DNA of 63,969 nt, filler included, from an uncultured Methanoregulaceae archaeon (GCA_964530035.1; 6 parts of 6 records of this genome joined end to end with filler, not necessarily neighbours in it); one strand, 5' to 3'. Shown: positions 31,409 to 44,275, counted from the first letter of the whole stretch. Made by a program: numbers and translations. The notes: a model not told the origin generated them from the sequence alone.

Positions 31409-32131
31409 GGCATTGTTGAAACATTAAGATCGGAATTGCAACTGATGGAGATCTCTCATAATGGGGTGAATAAAAATGAAGATGAGGATGATTTCAACAT
31501 AGTCAAAAAATCTCAATTTTAACGAATAATTCTTTCTTGCCGGACATAATTGTCAGGTAATCTGCATGATTGAAGAAACGGGATCTGAAATTTTTCGAGA
31601 CCTTTCTGAATGTTTCAAATCTTGCCGAATACCCGTAGTCACCTTTCACGATATCCGATAAACATCAGCCCTACAGTGGGGGTGTGCCCCCACACCCCCG
31701 AAAAGATACACCGCCGCCCCCGAAGGGTGCCCCGGCGGCGGTCTCATGGCCATTCATTGATATTTCGATTTGAAAAAAATCGCTGAAGACATAAAAAAAT
31801 ACGATAGCCATAGCATAAACAACCCTGATAAGGCAATCGACAACGGCTTGCCATGGTTATCGTATGCAGGGGGTTTGGGGGGCGGCTGCCCCTCAGTTCG
31901 AATCCCTATAATCCTCTGCCTGTTAGAGGTTAAAACCAAAAAATCGGCTCTGTTGAAACACACCTGAACAGGAGTTCACACCTAACCATGAAAATCCCCC
32001 TACAAAATCTCCATATTATGAGGCCATTTCTAGAATTTTCGTTGGAAATCCTATCATCGGAATTGCAACTGATGGAGATCTCCCATAATGGGGTGAATAA
32101 AAATGAGGATGTGGAGGATTTCAACAAAGTT
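31409..32131. mobile_element. non-coding composite repeat element, copy B (96-bp TIR module + 441-bp core + 186-bp TIR module)
   Basis: Module ends GGCATTGTTGAAA / TTTCAACATAGTC and GGCTCTGTTGAAA / TTTCAACAAAGTT; the two modules share a ~70-bp direct repeat (31430-31499 vs 32057-32126). Confidence 0.75.
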
Positions 32132-32247
32132 AGTAAACCTCTTTTTCAGGCAAATCCCCGTCGCGTTCCTCTTTTTAACAGCATTCAAGGATAGTCCGGG
32201 GGGCAATCACTTCTCCGTGGTTCCCTGAAGCGGAAAAAAAGAGGTCC

Positions 32248-32508
32248 TTAAAGCCCCAGGAGTTTCTTCTTGGCTGCGGTGAACTCCTCGTCGGAAAGGA
32301 CCCCCGAGGAGTGAAGACCGGCAAGTTTCTGCAGTTCGGCGGTAACATTGGCTTCAGCGGGAGTGGCGCCGGCCTTGGCCTGCTCTTGCTGCTGGATCGC
32401 TGCCTTGGCACCTTCCTGCCTGTTTGCCTCGGCCTGGGCTGCGGCCTGTTCTGCATGCATCTGGCCCATCTTCCGCCCTGCCGCAAACATCAAAAGTCGT
32501 CCTCTCAT
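32248..32508 (-). CDS. SHOCT domain protein
   Basis: C-terminal ELQKLAGLHSSGVLSDEEFTAAKKKLL; Gln/Ala-rich linker; GGAG RBS before ATG 32508. Confidence 0.85.
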   Translation of the reverse strand: MRGRLLMFAAGRKMGQMHAEQAAAQAEANRQEGAKAAIQQQEQAKAGATPAEANVTAELQKLAGLHSSGVLSDEEFTAAKKKLLGL

Positions 32509-32509
32509 G

Positions 32510-32956
32510 TCAATACTCTCCTTTAGCCATGAGCTGCTCAGCCCTGATAATGGTTTCCGGGGGAATCCTGCCCATATCAACCAATTCGGCTTCTGCATTG
32601 AGCATTGCCTGTTTCAAACGGATAGCCCAGATATTCTCGAAGAGCAGGAGCCCTGCCGAGCAGTTGTTCGGAAGTGATTCGGCAAACGCCTCGATATCCG
32701 CCTCGCTGAACCATTCCTTGGCATTTTTTGCCAGTTCCCGGTAGGCTGCACCAGCCTCTCCATCCAGGTTCTTCGCCTCGATCGTAAGGATCTTTCCCTG
32801 CTCGTCCTTGATGATCATGACCATGTCGATAACCCTGATGATGCCTTTCTTCTCAAGATCGACCAGTTCCGGGGCGATCTTACCGCTGAACTTGTTCCCC
32901 GGAAACCTGATGATCAGGTAGTCCACCGGGCCGAGGATCGGATGATGTTCCGTCAT
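32510..32956 (-). CDS. DUF6325 family protein
   Basis: LGPVDYLIIRFPGNKFSGKIAPEL..L..KGIIRVID, LLFENIWA, GRIP; paired with a SHOCT gene. Confidence 0.8.
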   Translation of the reverse strand: MTEHHPILGPVDYLIIRFPGNKFSGKIAPELVDLEKKGIIRVIDMVMIIKDEQGKILTIEAKNLDGEAGAAYRELAKNAKEWFSEADIEAFAESLPNNCSAGLLLFENIWAIRLKQAMLNAEAELVDMGRIPPETIIRAEQLMAKGEY

Positions 32957-33290
32957 GTACGTCTCCCCTTACTTGAAAGAGTAATTGGTGATTATTATCG
33001 GGGAGTATATATGTTTAGCCTATCCCGGTTGTTTTTCCCTTGAATCCGGTGAAAGGCGGTATTTCTTTTCTCTCCTGAATATCGGCCGGTTTTCACCTGT
33101 ACAGGTTATCCTGGGTGAGGCATAAGGGAAGTGCCGTCCTGATTCGGACATCCTTAAAATGGATACAGAATATTTCGTTGAAGATGGCCGGCAAAAGTAC
33201 CCGGGAAAGCTATTCTGCCCTGGTCAGGGTACGTGAAAAAAGGATTGTCTCCCCTGAGGGAGGCCCGGCCTTCAGGGCCTGAAAATCTTT

Positions 33291-33644
33291 TTACTTCCCC
33301 TGGCTCGCAAGTTCTTTTTCGAGGGCATCGAGACGGTCCTCGAGTCTCTGGAGCGTGTTGTCGATCTCCTTTTCAAAGACGCGGAGGTCGGCGGCGTCTG
33401 ACTCGTTTCCTGCCAGGTTGTCCTCGTGTTCCCCGAGATACCGCTTCACCGCGGGAGTTCTCAGAAGACCCCATTCCGTTACGAGCGACTCGAACCTGCG
33501 GTCGAGGTATTCATCGACACGGCTCTCGACCGGGTTGGCGAGGGAAATGCCTGCCCTTGACGTCCCCTTGAAGAAATAATAGATGACAAAGGCGATGACG
33601 ATGATGATAATGATGAATATAAGGAAATACTCGAGTTCGGTCAT
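33291..33644 (-). CDS. membrane-anchored coiled-coil protein, 'YxD..EWxL' paralog 3
   Basis: N-terminal TM; RVDEYLDRRFESLVTEWGL; C-terminal heptads; ATGA overlap with the upstream gene. Confidence 0.8.
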   Translation of the reverse strand: MTELEYFLIFIIIIIVIAFVIYYFFKGTSRAGISLANPVESRVDEYLDRRFESLVTEWGLLRTPAVKRYLGEHEDNLAGNESDAADLRVFEKEIDNTLQRLEDRLDALEKELASQGK

Positions 33645-33859
33645 TTCAGGAGCGCCTCCACCCGCTTTGCCCGTGTCTCAAGCGATTCCAGGCGGCCAAG
33701 GGCGCTTCTCTCAACGCCGTCGAGCCTGGCGATCTCCGCACAGAGCGTGTCGATCCTCGCCGAATAGTCCCTGACCTCGGCTTTCGTGGCTAGCTGCCAC
33801 TCGTCGATCAGGAGCTTCATCCTCCGGTCGATGTAGGTGTTGAGGTAATTGTCGATCAT
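33641..33859 (-). CDS. small coiled-coil protein, 'YxD..EWxL' paralog 2
   Basis: YLNTYIDRRMKLLIDEWQLAT; heptads; ATGA overlaps on both sides. Confidence 0.8.
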   Translation of the reverse strand: MIDNYLNTYIDRRMKLLIDEWQLATKAEVRDYSARIDTLCAEIARLDGVERSALGRLESLETRAKRVEALLK

Positions 33860-34161
33860 TTCCTGGCACCTTCCAGTCGTGTCAGGGTAGTGTCGAGACG
33901 TGCGACCCGGTCGGCTATCTCGATTTTTCCCCGGCTGAGACGCTGGATCTCGCTTGTCACCCGGTTCAGCCTCCGGTCGAGCTCGACGAGGTCATCGTCC
34001 CTGAGGAGCCCCCACTCCTCGATGATCAACGGGAAGTTCTGGTCAAAGTAACGGTCAAGCTTGCGGTCAAGTGTCGGTATCTTTTCCTGCAGGTACCCGC
34101 CGACGTCTGGGAGGTTCTTCCAGAACGGTTCCCCTGCGGTTCCTTCCTGGTATTCTGACAT
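33856..34161 (-). CDS. small coiled-coil protein, 'YxD..EWxL' paralog 1
   Basis: KLDRYFDQNFPLIIEEWGLL; heptads; TAATG overlap with the upstream gene. Confidence 0.8.
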   Translation of the reverse strand: MSEYQEGTAGEPFWKNLPDVGGYLQEKIPTLDRKLDRYFDQNFPLIIEEWGLLRDDDLVELDRRLNRVTSEIQRLSRGKIEIADRVARLDTTLTRLEGARK

Positions 34162-34547
34162 TATTTCACCTTCTTTTCCTCAAGGTCAATCTTCAGGAGC
34201 ATCCGGTCGAGCTTTGCCTGCTGGACGAGGTTCTCGAGCTTTCTCAGTCGTGCCTCGACCATTTTCTGCTTGGCATAGATGTCCAGTTCAAGGGTATCGT
34301 TCGCCTCCTCGACCGCACGGAGCTCGGCAATCCTGTCCACCGAGAGTTTCGTGAACGGGTGGACCTTCGCCTGGGCGGAGATATCCTTCTGGAGGATCGA
34401 GAGTTTTTGTTTTTCAAGTTCGATCTCGGCATTCTTCGTCCCGGCGCTGGTATGCCGGATTGCCCAGACGATCACCAGGATGAGGATGATCGCGATGAGG
34501 ACGATGAACCCGATGATGACGAGGTCATTTCCGACCGTGATCTCCAT
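34161..34547 (-). CDS. single-pass membrane protein with long coiled coil
   Basis: TM near residues 9-30 then heptad repeats; start is ATG 34547 or TTG 34553. Confidence 0.8.
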   Translation of the reverse strand: MEITVGNDLVIIGFIVLIAIILILVIVWAIRHTSAGTKNAEIELEKQKLSILQKDISAQAKVHPFTKLSVDRIAELRAVEEANDTLELDIYAKQKMVEARLRKLENLVQQAKLDRMLLKIDLEEKKVK

Positions 34548-34549
34548 GC

Positions 34550-35314
34550 TCAAGCCCCTATGACCTTCACAGCCTCAGAAAGCCCGGGTTCAGAGCCAAT
34601 GAGGAACACCGTGTCACCGCCGAGGATGGCCAGGGTTGGCTGCTGGATCAGGACATCGTCGCCCCGTCTCACTGCTGCGACCGTGACCCCTGCGGGAAGC
34701 TTGATCCCGGAGAGCATCCTGACGGGAGCCCCGGAGGCAACGATCACTGATTTTACTGATCCTTCGTTCTCCTTCAGGATCTTCGCGAGTTGGGCGGCAT
34801 CCCCGGGAGTGAGTTTCTTTTTTGCGCTCTCAATCAGGCTGGTCACCTGTTCGGGGACGGGAATGGAACCAGCAGCTCCCGAGACCTGCGAGACCGCACC
34901 CGATACCGCCGCAGCACCGGTCATGAGGCCTTCGTCGATCTTTTTAACACCGGGGTCGATGGCTGCCCCTATCTTTGCACCCATCGCGTTGATTCCCGAG
35001 CCGACTGTCTTTGCCACGTCGTCGGTAGATTTCTTCAGCCCCTCGGAAATCCCGGCCTTTCTTCTGACGGCAAGGCGTGCCCCCTCACCAGCCCCCAGCT
35101 GGTCAAGGTCCGCCTTGTCAAGCCGTATGTACCCCTTCTCGACGTGCTGGTCCGCGAAAACGGTCACCACAAGAGGCTTCTCCTGGCCAGGGAGGGATAT
35201 CTCGATAGCTTCACCCTCCTTCACCGGGATGAGGTCGATGTCCCCGGTATTCAGGCGTGCCCTCCCTCGGCTTGGAAGTGCCCGTACCTGAGCGATTAGC
35301 TCCATATCAGCCAT
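34550..35314 (-). CDS. CDC48-N-like double-psi barrel / amphipathic linker / RCK_C (TrkA-C) fusion protein
   Basis: RGRARLN..I.....EGEAIEI...GYIRLD..DL..LGAGEGARLAVRR matches the CDC48_N pattern; C-terminal LPAGVTVAAVRRGDDVLI.QP...ILGGDTVFLIG matches RCK_C. Confidence 0.72.
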   Translation of the reverse strand: MADMELIAQVRALPSRGRARLNTGDIDLIPVKEGEAIEISLPGQEKPLVVTVFADQHVEKGYIRLDKADLDQLGAGEGARLAVRRKAGISEGLKKSTDDVAKTVGSGINAMGAKIGAAIDPGVKKIDEGLMTGAAAVSGAVSQVSGAAGSIPVPEQVTSLIESAKKKLTPGDAAQLAKILKENEGSVKSVIVASGAPVRMLSGIKLPAGVTVAAVRRGDDVLIQQPTLAILGGDTVFLIGSEPGLSEAVKVIGA

Positions 35315-35513
35315 ATGAAGAACTATCCCTCGATCATTAATAGGACTACCGGTCATGTCCCGGAATGCCTGTCATAAAATTTTATCTTAATTTTAGGATA
35401 AAAAGTAGTAAAAAGAAATCACCTGACATGATGCGATCTTATGGTGATTTCCGCCGGGAACATGTCACTGGCGCGGTAAAAAAAAGATTTCCGAAAATAC
35501 CGGAAAAATGCTC

Positions 35514-35589
35514 TTAGAGTATCCCGAAGAACACGACCCCGGACATGGTGACCATGATGACCAGGATGACGGCCCCGATCTTGGCCTGG
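35514..35589 (-). CDS. C-terminal fragment of a membrane protein (truncated by linker)
   Basis: Reads QAKIGAVILVIMVTMSGVVFFGIL* with coding-like codon usage. Confidence 0.5.
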
Positions 35590-35689
35590 NNNNNNNNNNN
35601 NNNNNNNNNNNNNNNNNNNNNNNNNNNNNNNNNTTAATTAATTAANNNNNNNNNNNNNNNNNNNNNNNNNNNNNNNNNNNNNNNNNNNN
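35590..35689. other. artificial contig linker
   Basis: N pad with TTAATTAATTAA. Confidence 0.98.
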
Positions 35690-35870
35690 TCCTCGTCATC
35701 CATGAGCAGGATACTGCCCGTTACCTGGTCTTCCTGAGACATGTCCGCGAGATAGGGTGGATACAGGACGTGAATTGAAAGCGGCAGATATCTGGTATCG
35801 GGAGTGCCCCTGCCGGGTCCTGTGTATAGATCAATATAACCATCATGTTTTCTCACAATAAAAAATGCCC
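35690..35870 (-). pseudogene. remnant of hybrid histidine kinase (end of HATPase plus start of receiver domain)
   Basis: IVRKHDGYIDLYTGPGRGT...YLP followed by GSILLMDDE; no intact upstream kinase frame before gyrA. Confidence 0.55.
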
Positions 35871-36119
35871 CGGTACGCTCCTCACCACAACTGTTCTGGT
35901 TCCCGGACCTGGGGCCTTATACGCCACCAGAATTATCCTGCCATTATCGCTCTGATGTCAGCAGGAACATGACCATTATCCGGACGACTCCTGTTTTCAC
36001 ACCATAATGCTGGGAATACGGCATTTTAATACTGGTCACCAGGGCGGTACCTGCCAGAAGATCTTTCCGGTAACGACAGTAAAACCGTACAATGGCAGAC
36101 ACTGATCAATTAAAAGGGA

Positions 36120-40617
<4,498 letters not shown>

Positions 40618-40727
40618 CTACAGTCCGGGTACGTTTCACAGTATACCTTGGTTGGCAGAGGCATAAAAACTACCGTGGTTTTATAAAAACACAGGAGACG
40701 CCGGTTGTCCCGGGCAGGAAACAGGTA

Positions 40728-41039
40728 TCACGGGTACTCACCGGGACTTGCGTCCGCAATACCAAGGTGGGCATCGACAGCAACCGATATCCGGTCCAGG
40801 ATCCGGATGATATCCTTCTGGTCCTCCTTGTCGTTCGAGCCGGGTGTATGCCAGAGTACCTTTTTCCGGAGCATGGTGACCAGGTCGGCAATCTCCGTGC
40901 CCTTGAAGCCGTCAGGGACGACCAGTTCGTCCAGGTGGTCTCCGGCCCCGATGAATGCCTGTTCCGCAGGCAGAGCGAAGTGACGTGACAGGTGCATCAG
41001 GCAGGTGATGAAACCCCTGGAAAAACGGCTTTTTTCCAT
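40728..41039 (-). CDS. hypothetical protein
   Basis: Start MEKSRFSRGF at 41039; co-oriented between cbiQ and gyrB. Confidence 0.65.
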   Translation of the reverse strand: MEKSRFSRGFITCLMHLSRHFALPAEQAFIGAGDHLDELVVPDGFKGTEIADLVTMLRKKVLWHTPGSNDKEDQKDIIRILDRISVAVDAHLGIADASPGEYP

Positions 41040-41079
41040 GATACCATGAATGGTGTCAGGAGGGAAAACAATAATGGGA

Positions 41080-41898
41080 CTAGTACATCCCCGACCAGCC
41101 GAGGAGAGGAATGACAACCGCTATTCCGAGGCCGAGAGCAAGCACGGCCCATTCGGCGGGCAACAACTGTTTTTTCGTGAGGTAGGCATGGCTATGGCGG
41201 CCGTACCCACGGCACAGCATGCTCTGGTAGGTCCGTTCACCCTGCTCATACGACCTGATGAAGAGGCTGCCGATGGTGTTGCCGATCTGGCGAAGCCGGT
41301 ACCGATAGGGAAGGGCCCGGTCAAACGGATCGAAACACCGGGTCATCAGGGCATGGTTGATCTTGCGGAACATATAGCCGAAGACAAAGAGGTACCTGAC
41401 CATCATCCCAAGGACAAGAGAAAATTCTGCAGGGAGTCCAAGCCTTCCCGCCCCTTCAAGGAGGTCCTTGATCTTCGTGGTCGATGAGAGGAGGATGATG
41501 AATGAAACCGATGCAACAAACTTCACCATCAGGATGCAGGCGAACTCCACGGATTCCGCATAAATATGGACCCCGAACGGCAGGGTGACAAGGGAATGGA
41601 ACTCGGTATAATACCGGTTCGTGAAGAAGACCTGGGCGAGGGCAAGAAATAATCCGAACGGGAGGATACCGGCGAGGCGGCGGAAATAGTGGACCGGAGA
41701 CAGGGCGCTTGCACCCCACAGGACCGCAAAATACACGAAAAATATCGCACACACCCTGAAAACGAGCGTGCTGTAGGGGATGGCAACGATTGCGATGATG
41801 GCAGAGAATGCGATGAGGATCTTGACACGGGCGTCGAGAGAGTGGACTACGCTTTCCCTGTACCCCTGCTTTTCAATGTAGAACAGCTCTTCGATCAT
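41080..41898 (-). CDS. cbiQ: ECF transporter T component (cobalt/nickel)
   Basis: HSLDARVK, MVRYLFV, GSLFIRSYEQGER.YQSMLCRGY. Confidence 0.9.
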   Translation of the reverse strand: MIEELFYIEKQGYRESVVHSLDARVKILIAFSAIIAIVAIPYSTLVFRVCAIFFVYFAVLWGASALSPVHYFRRLAGILPFGLFLALAQVFFTNRYYTEFHSLVTLPFGVHIYAESVEFACILMVKFVASVSFIILLSSTTKIKDLLEGAGRLGLPAEFSLVLGMMVRYLFVFGYMFRKINHALMTRCFDPFDRALPYRYRLRQIGNTIGSLFIRSYEQGERTYQSMLCRGYGRHSHAYLTKKQLLPAEWAVLALGLGIAVVIPLLGWSGMY

Positions 41899-42731
41899 GA
41901 AGCCCCATGGTATGCCTTCTTCAGCGCCAGAAGGGCCTCCTCGTAGGTGAATACCATGGGGACGGCGACACCTCCTTTCCTCAGGTCGGAAAAGAGTCTT
42001 GGGATGACCGGGACATCGAGGCGCACTGATCTGAGGAGGTCAGGTTCTGAAAATACCTCGTTCACTGTCCCGTGCCGGACGAATCTCCCCTGGTTCATGA
42101 CATAGACAAAATCCGCTATCTCGGGCACGAGTCCGACATCATGGGTTGAGAATATCACGGTGAGCCCATAGGTCCTCGAGAGTTCGTTGATACAGCTGAC
42201 AAGGTCATGTACGCCCTTGGGGTCGAGCCCGGCGGTAGGTTCGTCCAGGACGAGGACTTCAGGCTCCATGGCCAGGATACCGGCAATGGCAACCCTTTTT
42301 TTTTCTCCCCCGCTCAGGTGGTGCGGGACGCGGTCTTTCAGGTCCTCGATCGCAAGGAGGCGTAGGGCCTCGTCTACCCGGTGGTGTACCGTTTCGTCAT
42401 CGAGACCGAGATTCATGGGGCCGAAAGCCACGTCCTGTTCGACGGTGGGAGAGATAATCTGGTCGTCGGGGTTCTGGAAGACGATGCCAACGAACTTTCT
42501 CACCTCCTTGATGTTTTTTTTCGTGATTGGCTCCCCGCGGATAAGGACCTCCCCGGAAGTGGGGCGGAATATGCCGTTGAAGTGCCGGAACAGGGTGCTC
42601 TTGCCGGCACCATTTGATCCGATGACCGCAATGCGCTGGTTCCTGCCGGCTATGAAGTTGATATGGTCGAGAGCCGATCTCCCGTGGGAAACGTAGCTGT
42701 AGCAGAGATCACGGGTCTCGATGAGGTGCAT
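41895..42731 (-). CDS. cbiO: ECF transporter ATPase (cobalt/nickel)
   Basis: GSNGAGKST, FQNPDDQ, VAFGPMN, LSGGEKKR, LDEPTAGLDP. Confidence 0.9.
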   Translation of the reverse strand: MHLIETRDLCYSYVSHGRSALDHINFIAGRNQRIAVIGSNGAGKSTLFRHFNGIFRPTSGEVLIRGEPITKKNIKEVRKFVGIVFQNPDDQIISPTVEQDVAFGPMNLGLDDETVHHRVDEALRLLAIEDLKDRVPHHLSGGEKKRVAIAGILAMEPEVLVLDEPTAGLDPKGVHDLVSCINELSRTYGLTVIFSTHDVGLVPEIADFVYVMNQGRFVRHGTVNEVFSEPDLLRSVRLDVPVIPRLFSDLRKGGVAVPMVFTYEEALLALKKAYHGAS

Positions 42732-43036
42732 GATACAAATATCGGCAGAAAAAAGGGTTAAAGGTTATTGTTTGTTGTGTGAGGCAACTTTCACGAGTTT
42801 TCCTGCGCCGGATACCACGGGCATGGCAGTGGGGATTCCGATGAACAGGGCGCGTTTATTGTCGGCCCCTCCCGGGTTCCGTCCGGGGCATACACCGATA
42901 CCCGGGCATACTCCATCACCGTCCTTCAATTTCATCAATCTCCAGATTGTCAGGAGAATCCCTTGCGCATGTTTTCTGTCTGGAGATCATTCGGGTTGTT
43001 GTTCACAGCCAGGAGGTTATCCACGGGTCGTACCGA

Positions 43037-44275
43037 TCACCGGCGGTGCACGATGTCGGCCGCCAGTGCACGGATGAAAACCCCATACAAGCGTGCCATC
43101 TTCCGTTCCCTGAAGAGCGACATGAGCACCCGTGCCGGCCGGTCCATGTCTCCCTCCCTGATGATGATATCGATTACCTCAGGGTCGTCCATGACCCTGC
43201 ATATTCGTCCGATATCGGCAGGGCCCAGATGTGACCGGAGAGAGAGAAAGCGGAGCCCCAATGCAAGCTCACGCCCGAAATCAGCCTTCCATGCCTCCTG
43301 GTACCGGGCCATGGCCCCTTTTGAGAAATCCCCGGTCTTTACCGCAGAAGCCGCAACGAGAGCGGCATGGCGTGCTGAACGGATCCCCGTATAAACCCCG
43401 CCGCCTGATGTCGGCTTCGCAAGACCTGCCGCGTCGCCGACGAAAAGTACGGACCGTGCATAGGTCTGCGGCATCGGACCGAGAGGGATCGTCCCGGTCA
43501 CCTCGCTGATGATGGGCGCTTTCACCGGTGAGATGAAACGTTCGAACCGGTCCCTGACGTCAGTCCGGCTGCAGAGGCCTATCCGGGCATATCCCTTCCC
43601 GGCAGGGATTATCCAGCCGAAAAAGTCCGGGGCGGCATCAGGATGTATTTCAACAAGCCCGGGTTCCACATCACGGGCACAATCGACCTGGCGGCCGCCC
43701 AGGAAGTATTTTGCCCGCTGTAATCCGAGGATACGCGAAAACAGGCTCCTCGGCCCGTCAGCAGCGATGAGGACACGGCAGCGGACATGGCGTTTTCCAG
43801 ACACCCCGGTCGTTTCAACACCTCCCCCTGAAAAACCTGTGGCACTGGTCTTCAGGAGGAACTCCACACCGTCCTGTGCCGCGTGCACTGCCATCTCCCG
43901 GTCAAGAGCCCCCCGGTCAACGACGTACGCCTTCACCACACCGGCGTCGAATGAAAACGACCCGCCAAGAGACGATACTATCCGTGCCCCCCGGACGGTC
44001 TGGAGGACGCACCGGTCAGAAACCCCGCATTCCCGGAATGCGGCCGTTGAGAGAAGTCCTGCACACTGCACAGGGTGTCCTATGGTGCCGTGCTCCTCGA
44101 TGCAGAGGGTCGAAAGGCCTTCCCTGGCACAGAACCGGGCGGCAGACGTACCTGCCGGGCCTGCTCCCACTACCACCACGTCGTACGAGTCCCGTACCCC
44201 GGATGCATCCTGGATCGCTTGTCCCGGATTCGACCCGGCCTCCCTGCAGGCCCAGTCTATCATATGGTCAGACAC
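43037..44275 (-). CDS. geranylgeranyl reductase family FAD oxidoreductase
   Basis: VVGAGPAG, PVQCAG, FGWIIP, VGDAAGLAKPTSGGG. Confidence 0.88.
   Translation of the reverse strand: MSDHMIDWACREAGSNPGQAIQDASGVRDSYDVVVVGAGPAGTSAARFCAREGLSTLCIEEHGTIGHPVQCAGLLSTAAFRECGVSDRCVLQTVRGARIVSSLGGSFSFDAGVVKAYVVDRGALDREMAVHAAQDGVEFLLKTSATGFSGGGVETTGVSGKRHVRCRVLIAADGPRSLFSRILGLQRAKYFLGGRQVDCARDVEPGLVEIHPDAAPDFFGWIIPAGKGYARIGLCSRTDVRDRFERFISPVKAPIISEVTGTIPLGPMPQTYARSVLFVGDAAGLAKPTSGGGVYTGIRSARHAALVAASAVKTGDFSKGAMARYQEAWKADFGRELALGLRFLSLRSHLGPADIGRICRVMDDPEVIDIIIREGDMDRPARVLMSLFRERKMARLYGVFIRALAADIVHRR

Noticed and set aside
31409..32131. GTTGAAA/TTTCAAC motifs as CRISPR repeat ends
   Set aside because: They occur as inverted pairs at module ends, not as regularly spaced direct repeats with 30-45-bp spacers.
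34071..35291. 406-aa plus-strand ORF and similar long antisense ORFs (e.g. 6866-7864, 43509-44360, 24583-25296)
   Set aside because: Shadows of well-supported genes on the opposite strand in moderately GC-rich DNA.
41080..42731. cbiO-cbiQ without cbiM/N as an orphan system
   Set aside because: Split ECF loci are common, and the S component is probably on another contig.
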